From positions 139,624,001 through 139,688,000 of the forward strand of contig OZ024740.1 of NCBI GenBank assembly GCA_964016885.1: 64,000 nucleotides of DNA, given 5' to 3'. Source of the stretch: Eledone cirrhosa (Eukaryota). Shown one piece after another: positions 53,838-64,000 of the stretch (positions are counted from its first letter, which is position 1; each line of letters starts with the position of its first letter). Below the pieces are notes generated by a model, which did not search any database, was not told the origin of the DNA, and saw only the letters and a list, made by a program, of their open reading frames with translations. A program made the translations under genes and the position numbers.

Positions 53838-54033
53838 CGGAGGAAATGTGGTAAGGAACCATGTGGACCATAACGCACCAAAGAACTCAATACTTAGGGT
53901 AGTAGAGTGGGTAATAGGAACGAGTAGGACCCCGACGGCTGAGCTCAAGCCGTTTCGACGGCTAATTCTGGACTCTGAGTCCAGAATTAGCCGTCGAAAC
54001 GGCTTGAGCTCAGCCGTCGGGGTCCTATTCGTT

Positions 54034-54038
<5 letters not shown>
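53836..54038 (-). mobile_element. Half-hammerhead palindrome family copy in (TA)n
   Basis: 125-bp palindrome 53914-54038 centred on 53976, with one mismatch. Confidence 0.9.
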
Positions 54039-54102
<64 letters not shown>

Positions 54103-54271
54103 AATGAGTTATATGCTTTGTTGATGAATATTCAACAGAATTATGTTCATAACAGACTCGAAGCACTCTACAATGAAATTTTATCTGGAGTATTATAACA
54201 TTATTAATAGTAATACATGGAAAATATCACTATATATGATGCTATAGTAATATTTTCCATTTAATGCTATT

Positions 54272-54346
<75 letters not shown>

Positions 54347-54875
54347 TATCCAAGGAGTGTAACGTGGTGAGCATTCGATGTTTAGGTTCACGTCAGTGGC
54401 GAGGTGTAGAGCTAGACAGAGTGTAATGTAATCGATCTAAGCTCATCGACGAGCTTTTGATTCCAGAGTCGGGCTAGATCGATACAGATCGAACCTTGAG
54501 CTGATAAATAGCTAAACGCGCGTCACCAATCAATAAACGCAATGGAGCCTTAACAAATTGTCCATGTATCATTATACATACATATATCATTATACATACA
54601 TGTATATCATTACCCTGTTGTATCTTATTCGGATGACATAATTTGTGATATTAGACTTAATTGCCATCTAACAGAAACCTTTATGACATTTTTCTGGGTC
54701 TTTCTTAAAAAAAATTCCATTTCATTCTTTTCTGCTACTACTAATACGGCTTCTTTGTAGTAACAAGTCTTCTCACTCCTTCTTCTTTCTTCTCTCTTAA
54801 GTCTAATATCACAAATTATGTCATACATACATATATATATATCGGATGCAACTCCAGGTAGAAGGAGCAACTTGA

Positions 54876-55063
54876 AATAACTGTTTCTACTTTTGGCACA
54901 AGGCCAGCTATTACCACAGTGTATTACTGGTACTTTATTTTATCGATCCCGTAAGGATGAAAGGCAAAGTAAACCTCGGCGGAATTTGAACTCAGAATGG
55001 CAACGGCCGTAACTCAATGCGTCAAAGCATGGCGTCCGACCCTCTACCGATACTGCCAATCCA
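54876..55063 (-). mobile_element. Nin/Deu-domain SINE followed by a CORE-SINE tRNA head (55085-55140)
   Basis: Family motifs, plus ggaatcgaactctctaaccactcacccacgcgcc. Confidence 0.8.
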
Positions 55064-55163
55064 ACTTGAAATAACGTTAAATAAAGTCTCGCATCACCCG
55101 GTCCGGGAATCGAACTCTCTAACCACTCACCCACGCGCCTGTATATATGAATGTATGTATGTG

Positions 55164-55303
<140 letters not shown>

Positions 55304-55559
55304 GAGAGAATGAGAAAGCGAGAGAGAGAGGGGGACACTGGGAGAAAGAGAGAGAGATAAACAATCAAACAAGCAAATAGATAGACAGACATCTAGATAA
55401 TGATTAACTAGGATCAGACTATTGACGCTATATATACGTAGAGGGGGGGGGGTGAATACAAATAAACAATCTTATCAAAGAACTGAAACATTTTGGGAGG
55501 AAGCGAAAGTTATTATTATTGTTACAATTGTTGCTGTTGTTTCCATTCTTTTTCTTCTT

Positions 55560-55750
55560 TTGATTGGCAGAATCAGTAGAGCGTCAGATAACAAGCTTAG
55601 CGGCATAGATTACGCTCCTTTACATCTGAGTTCAAATCCCACCGAGGTTAGCTTTGCCTTTCATCCTTACGGGGTTGATACAATAAGTACCAGTCACACG
55701 CTGGAGTCGATTTAATCGACTTTCCCCTCCTCCAAAATTGCTAGAAACCA
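55560..55750 (+). mobile_element. Nin/Deu-domain SINE
   Basis: gagttcaaatcccaccgagg..gcctttcatccttacgggg. Confidence 0.8.
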
Positions 55751-56005
55751 TTATCATCATCATCATCAGCCGTGGCTAAAATATCTCAAGATTTCCTCCA
55801 GTTCTATGTTTTCTCAGCTTGATCTTATTATTTCTGTCATGTTGTTCACAGGAGTGGCTATATTCTCATGTTGATCATGTCTTTTATATTAATATTTGAT
55901 ATTTTTAAGGTTATTTGATATCGTTAATGGTTAATACTCTCGCATTTTTTTATGTTCCTTGTTACTATGGCTGTGATTTGATTATTTTTTCTCATGATAA
56001 TAATA

Positions 56006-56165
56006 CGGTGGATTGGCAGTATCGGTAGAGCGTCAGACACCTTTACGTTCTGAGTTCAAATCCCACCGAGGTTAACTTTGCCTTTCATCCTTACGGGGTC
56101 GATAAAATAAAGTACCAGTAATACACTGGGGCAATTGTGCCAAAAGTAGAAACAATTATTATTAT
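56006..56165 (+). mobile_element. Nin/Deu-domain SINE
   Basis: Same family motifs with an (ATT)n tail. Confidence 0.8.
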
Positions 56166-56187
56166 TATCATTATCATTATTATTAAG

Positions 56188-56432
56188 ACTGGAAGAGGGC
56201 GCCTGCCCTAGCGGTCAGGGCAGCCGTGGCTTTCTCCAAGAGTGACCCTCACAAGTCTCCTCCCACCTCAATTGGGGAATTTTTCCTTGTTTCTTTTTAT
56301 ACATATAATGTTTTTTTTTTGTTTATTTTTTTTTTACACGCAGAAATGCCCATTTGTACCGTCCTGTGTTGCCCTGTGCTGTCCTTAATGTTATACTTTA
56401 TGTCAACCCTTGTGGTTAATAAAGAAAGCATT
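56188..56432 (+). mobile_element. Probable 3' UTR of a Tx1-like LINE within (ATT)n
   Basis: Ends cccttgtggttaataaa, like the 3' end of 51868-53807 (cccctgtggttaataa). Confidence 0.45.
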
Positions 56433-56841
56433 ATTATTATTATTAGTAGTAGTAGTTTCTCAAATAGTCGTTCGGCATACATTTACTCTGCAAATCTTGT
56501 TGACTTTTAGTTGTTTGCTTAAGGCTCCTTGGTGACATGTTTGTTATAAACTGCAAGTAAGGGCGCCATACATCGCTCTCAGTAAAGGTGAACCCATAAT
56601 ATTGGGGCCGGCCGAAAGCCACTTGTTTTATCTCCCTTCGGCTGTCATATCTATTTCCTCATAAATACGATTATCTAACACCTGTCTTAATGTTATTTCA
56701 TAACCTCTGTTATCTCCACCTTACTCCTGGAGAGATACAAGTGACCTGAGGTGCTCTTATCTGCTTACACCTTTAATGAAACATCTTAATACTTTTACGG
56801 ATAAACAACATAGTAATTAGAAGTATATGTATATATATATA

Positions 56842-58725
<1,884 letters not shown>

Positions 58726-59233
58726 TTCTAATTATTATTGGTTTCTCAGACAGTCGCTCCGCATATATATAGTTAAAGAATAAACAAAACAAACACAGAG
58801 ATGCAAAAACACGCTTGGGAATGAAGATAAAGAAAGAAGAAAAAAAAGCAAGATGTTTCAGTGTACCGGACATTTGTCCTTCATCGGGAAAGTGCAAATT
58901 TCGGAGAAAGAGAGAGAGGCGGCCGGAAAAACGGAGGTTGCAAGGTTGGAGAAAATATATATATACCAACGGAATCATTGGAAATGTATAGTCATAGGTA
59001 CATTATGCCTTAAATTAACAAACAAATTATAAGAGAGAATAGGTCTAAGTTACAGCTGGAACATTTGGTCTTGGGTCTGTTCAACCAGAGATGACCTGAG
59101 GCTATGTAATTTGATCCTTCCATAAGTTTCTCTATCTTAAGTTTTTCTAACAAAACATTATTCTATAGACCATTCACTTCTACTTTTAGTATCGAACTTG
59201 GCTACACTTTAAAAAAGGCATTCTTTGACACCT

Positions 59234-59274
<41 letters not shown>

Positions 59275-60511
59275 TTCTTGTTGATAATGACGATGATTCT
59301 GATACTGTTGATGCTGTTAAGATTTCAATGTTTTTAAGACAGAGTCGTAAACGTGTTGATAAAATACTTCACGGGTTTTTTCCCGGCTCTCGAAGACCTG
59401 AGTTCAAAATTCACTATACATATAAAGCACTGTGGTTCTTGGGATATGCGATTTTCCCCCAAGAACTTCCTGTATAATTGTGTATATATGTGGCGAAATC
59501 TGTCCACAGCTTGACCCTTGGGTGGCATTTAACGGACATTTTCGGGCGTAAACAAGTCTGAGAGTGGACGACCAGGGGACAGAGGAAACGATAGATATAA
59601 ATAACCTGTCTTAGATCAAGCAGTAAGCAGTTCGAAGCAGTTCCTGATAGAGTAAACATGTAAAACATTTGCTTTCTACAGGCCCTTTGGGGTCTTACAG
59701 ACTCTTACTCTCTCTCGCTCTTTCAATCAATCTCTATCTTTTGGTCTCTTCCTTAATCAAGCCAGTGAAGTTCATAAAGTTTTCTTGGTAAATACAATTT
59801 AATTTTACAAACAAACAAATAACATCCATAATTCTTGTGTATTTTTTGTATAGCTCCGGCGTGAGCTATTTTCAATAAATTAATAATATAGCAGTTTGGT
59901 GACATCGTGGTTCATTTATATATATTCATTTTCTGTGTGATCAAGGAACTATCATATCATCATCATCTTATTGAACACTTACTCACTTACCTGCACAAAT
60001 GCAACCTCTGGTCACACTATCACACAACAGTGACCACATGACACAGCAAGCTACAAGTGAGCAACAAATGAATCAACACCACAACACAATCAACTCACCA
60101 ACACGACCATCCATAATAATCACTATATATATATACGTGTACCTATACATACATATACTCTTTGATATTTGTCAGTAGTTGGACCATGGCCATATTGGGG
60201 TACTGCATTCGAGGGCTTATTTAGTCGATCATATTGAGCTTAATACGTACTCTAGTATGGTGCTTGTTTTATCGATCTTAATTTTCCAAACTGCTAGATC
60301 ACGTAAAATGAAGGGACACAATATGAAAAATAACATTTTTACACCATTTTCATTCGATAAGTTTCAATGTTTCAGAAACCTCAGATTTTAGTCGAATATA
60401 TTTCTTCTCTTTATTTTTACTTGTATATCTACTGCATCCAGTAGGCGACATCTGTTAAGTTTACAAAACGTAAAATGATTTGGTTTTAAATACAGATTAG
60501 TTTCAGTGAGA

Positions 60512-60741
60512 TTAACCCTTTCATTACCATATTTCTCACGAAAGCCTGCTTATGATTTTTAAATAATTTTGAAATAATTAAGAATTTCGAGGGATTTGAT
60601 AACATAACTAACTTCTCATTATTAAGCTTGTGTTAGGAATATAACTTCCCAATCTCTTACATGAAATTATGATGGAGGAGTTTACAACAGTTTTCCTGCG
60701 TTGAACCATGGACTCTTTCAGGCTGATATCGAAAGAGTTAA
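60512..60741. mobile_element. Old piggyBac-type MITE
   Basis: ttaa|ccctttc ... gaaagag|ttaa. Confidence 0.5.
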
Positions 60742-61044
60742 GTGAGATTAAAATTTATTGATGAATTAAGGATATTTTTCGTATTTTTAATCAAGATAAG
60801 CTATGATAATTTAGATTGAGAACATAACATAACGTCATTCTAAACTACACCTGAAATGAAATACATTATATATGTCCCAAGTGACAATCAATCAAGCATA
60901 TGTGATAGGTACTCGTCAGCAGTCACACCACACCAGCACTACTATAATTAACAATCCACCTGGCCATTTCTCACACCATTTGAAGAATATAATAGGTTAA
61001 GCGTCAAATGTCTCCAGTTAACATGGAAAGAAAACAAACTGTGT

Positions 61045-61305
<261 letters not shown>

Positions 61306-61318
61306 AAATATATACATA

Positions 61319-61362
<44 letters not shown>

Positions 61363-62345
61363 AACAGATATGTGTATATATATATATACACAAATTTGTA
61401 TATATCATACGTATATCTATCTAACACTTACTCTATTACGTGTTCCAGCCGACAAGCTGAGGCCATGCTGGGGTACCGACATTGTACATTAAGATACTTT
61501 TAATCAGGTGACAATATCACAGACAAACACACGAGTAGACAGGTGACAATGCAAAATTACAAATATCAACACATTCATATCTATGTAGACACATACACAT
61601 TTAACTCTAACAAACACAAGCACACACATTTGTATGCATGTTTATATACATATTTATGCGTGCGAGTGTGTATGTGTGTGTATGTATGTATTTGTGTGTG
61701 TCTGCAGCTATGTGTGCATGTATGGGTGTTTATGTGTGTGTGCGTGTGCCTGTGTGTGTGTGTATGTGTAAACAGTCAAATGAATATACCATTCTTATGA
61801 AAATTGCAGGCTAAACACACACACACACGTACACGCTCAGGCATGCACATAAGTATACACGTATACAAGTATACCAATATAACCCAACACACACATGGAT
61901 CTCGGTTTACTAGTATTATTTACTACATTGGAAACCTGATGTAATGCTTTTGTTTTTTGTGTTTTTTTTTTTTTACTATAACCATAATTACAGCTACTGT
62001 TGCTGCTGTCGTTGTTTTCTTTTGGGCGATGAGGTTGAAGGTCTATTTTGTCTTTTCCGCTTCTTTGCCTCTGATAAGTTATTGGTTTTCAAATTGTCAG
62101 TTTAAGTAACTAACAGCAAACATATGGTTCCCTTACTAAATAACAAAAAAAACGAACTTATAACTAAACCACCGTTCACCGGTTTCCATTTCTTAACTGC
62201 GTCCTCTGCCCATTCCTCATCCTGTTAAAAAAAAAAACGGTAGCCAGTTTGTCTGCCATTTTTAAAAATTAATCAAGTAAAGGAAATCTATCATTTGATA
62301 TATATATATAGAAACACAGACACATGCACACACACGCACACATAT

Positions 62346-62444
<99 letters not shown>

Positions 62445-62925
62445 TAAAAAATTTAATATCTTAAAAGTACATAAAATACTTATGAAGAATAAAACCTAGT
62501 GTTTTATTCAAAGTGTTCAGTCTTAGAAGACTTTCGTCAGTGAGTCGGTAAAAGATTTTTTCTTTTCCATTTCTTTCCTTTCAAAGAAGTTTTTTTTTGC
62601 ATTGGCTACCAGTGGGACATGCAAACTTCTATTTAGACTACAGTCTATTCCATACCCGTACGTTTTGAGTGAGTGTAACTGATGACAAATTAACCAAATG
62701 TGAAACAACGCAATGTCTGAGATTCTCAAAACATACTGGCAACTGGGTAATGTATTCACTAAGGAATATAGAGAAAAACAAATTTTTTTTTCGTTTCGTT
62801 ACGAAAAAATATTTTTCTTCAGCAGTGAAGCTGACCATATGTGTTTATTATATATATTCATATATTCATATATGTTTTCATATACACCTCTGTTGTGCAT
62901 AATTGCTATCTTAGTGCTACTACCT

Positions 62926-63082
<157 letters not shown>

Positions 63083-63172
63083 GTGTAAAAGGTAAACAGG
63101 AATAACAACACAATCGGTTCAGTATATGGAAGGAATATATTAAGTTAGCGCTTGAAATAGCAGGAAGAGGGC

Positions 63173-63206
63173 CTTTACGTTTCGGACGCTAGTCCTTCAT
63201 CAGAAA
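63173..63206 (-). ncRNA. Minimal hammerhead of the (TG)n-adjacent family (element about 63085-63215)
   Basis: Reverse complement: ttt-CTGATGA-a-GGAC-tagc-GTCC-GAAA-CG-TA^-aag. Confidence 0.7.
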
Positions 63207-63220
63207 TTAGAAAGATTGAA

Positions 63221-63277
<57 letters not shown>

Positions 63278-63363
63278 TAAATGCTCTACGGTTCTTATAT
63301 ATTTGATATATATTTATCCTTATCGAGCCCTCTTTGGATTTAAGTCTTCAAATTTATTATTAT

Positions 63364-63411
<48 letters not shown>

Positions 63412-64000
63412 GTATGTAGTGATATAGTTCTATTTAGATGTAGTGGGAGATGAGTTGGTCATGTTAGTAGGTACTGTGGTTCGTAGTTCACTTGTGGATT
63501 GCTTTATGGTGAGGTCATGTTATGTAGTGTGTAACTAAAAGAAGATAGATGTACCTGTGCGTGTATGACAAGAGGTTGTGGGAGTGCAAGTGAGTTACAG
63601 TGTTGCTTATAATGATGATGATGTGACGATTCCTTGGGTAAGTGATTTACTCTGATCACATAGGTAATGAAATAAAAACCAAATCGCTACTTAAATATAT
63701 TTATTAATTTAACAACCTGCTACGAAGCTATTGTTGACAATATATGAAAACATATTGTTGTATATGTGTGTGCAATAATGTGTGGACTGACTTTTGTTGA
63801 AGTACCAGTGGAAGAATTTATGGATAGCCCTTGTGGAGAGGGACAGAATATTTGACTAAGTGCTACATCTCCGTGCTTGCTGAAATAAACCGTTTTTGGT
63901 GTGTCTCCTTTGAGAGACGAGAGAAGAATGTATTGAAGAAATGTTATCTTAAATAAAGTTCAGTTGGCCATTTTCTCGGGTCTAACTGGCGACAGTTCGA

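Noticed and set aside
53016-54104. Intact 362-aa RT gene
   Set aside because: The N-terminus is TA repeat plus palindrome, and the LINE is 5'-truncated and frameshifted downstream.
61985-62270. Small spliced minus-strand gene (DEEWAEDAVKKWKP / AKKRKRQNRP)
   Set aside because: No splice combination tried gave a continuous open frame.

Overview
This is repeat-rich, AT-rich eukaryotic DNA with no recognisable intact host gene. It is probably an octopus-type cephalopod intron or intergenic region, inferred from the microsatellite density and the tRNA-derived Nin/Deu-domain and CORE SINEs. Most long ORFs in the track are translated microsatellites. The window holds decayed non-LTR retrotransposons (R4/Dong-type RLE LINEs, RTE, Tx1, a Penelope-like GIY-YIG fragment), two SINE families, several MITEs, a Tc1 transposase relic and a Helitron-like 3' end. 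The main signal is about a dozen hammerhead-ribozyme (HHR) motifs from several unrelated families, usually beside (TA)n or (TG)n tracts. Many sit in 120-420 bp near-perfect palindromes, and in two families the palindrome folds back at the ribozyme's own stem II loop. Microsatellites appear to be shared out among elements: HHR/Penelope-like elements and Tx1 at (TA)n, and Dong LINEs and a bipartite RTE derivative at (CATA)n in opposite orientations. Folds and translations were done by eye and coordinates are approximate.
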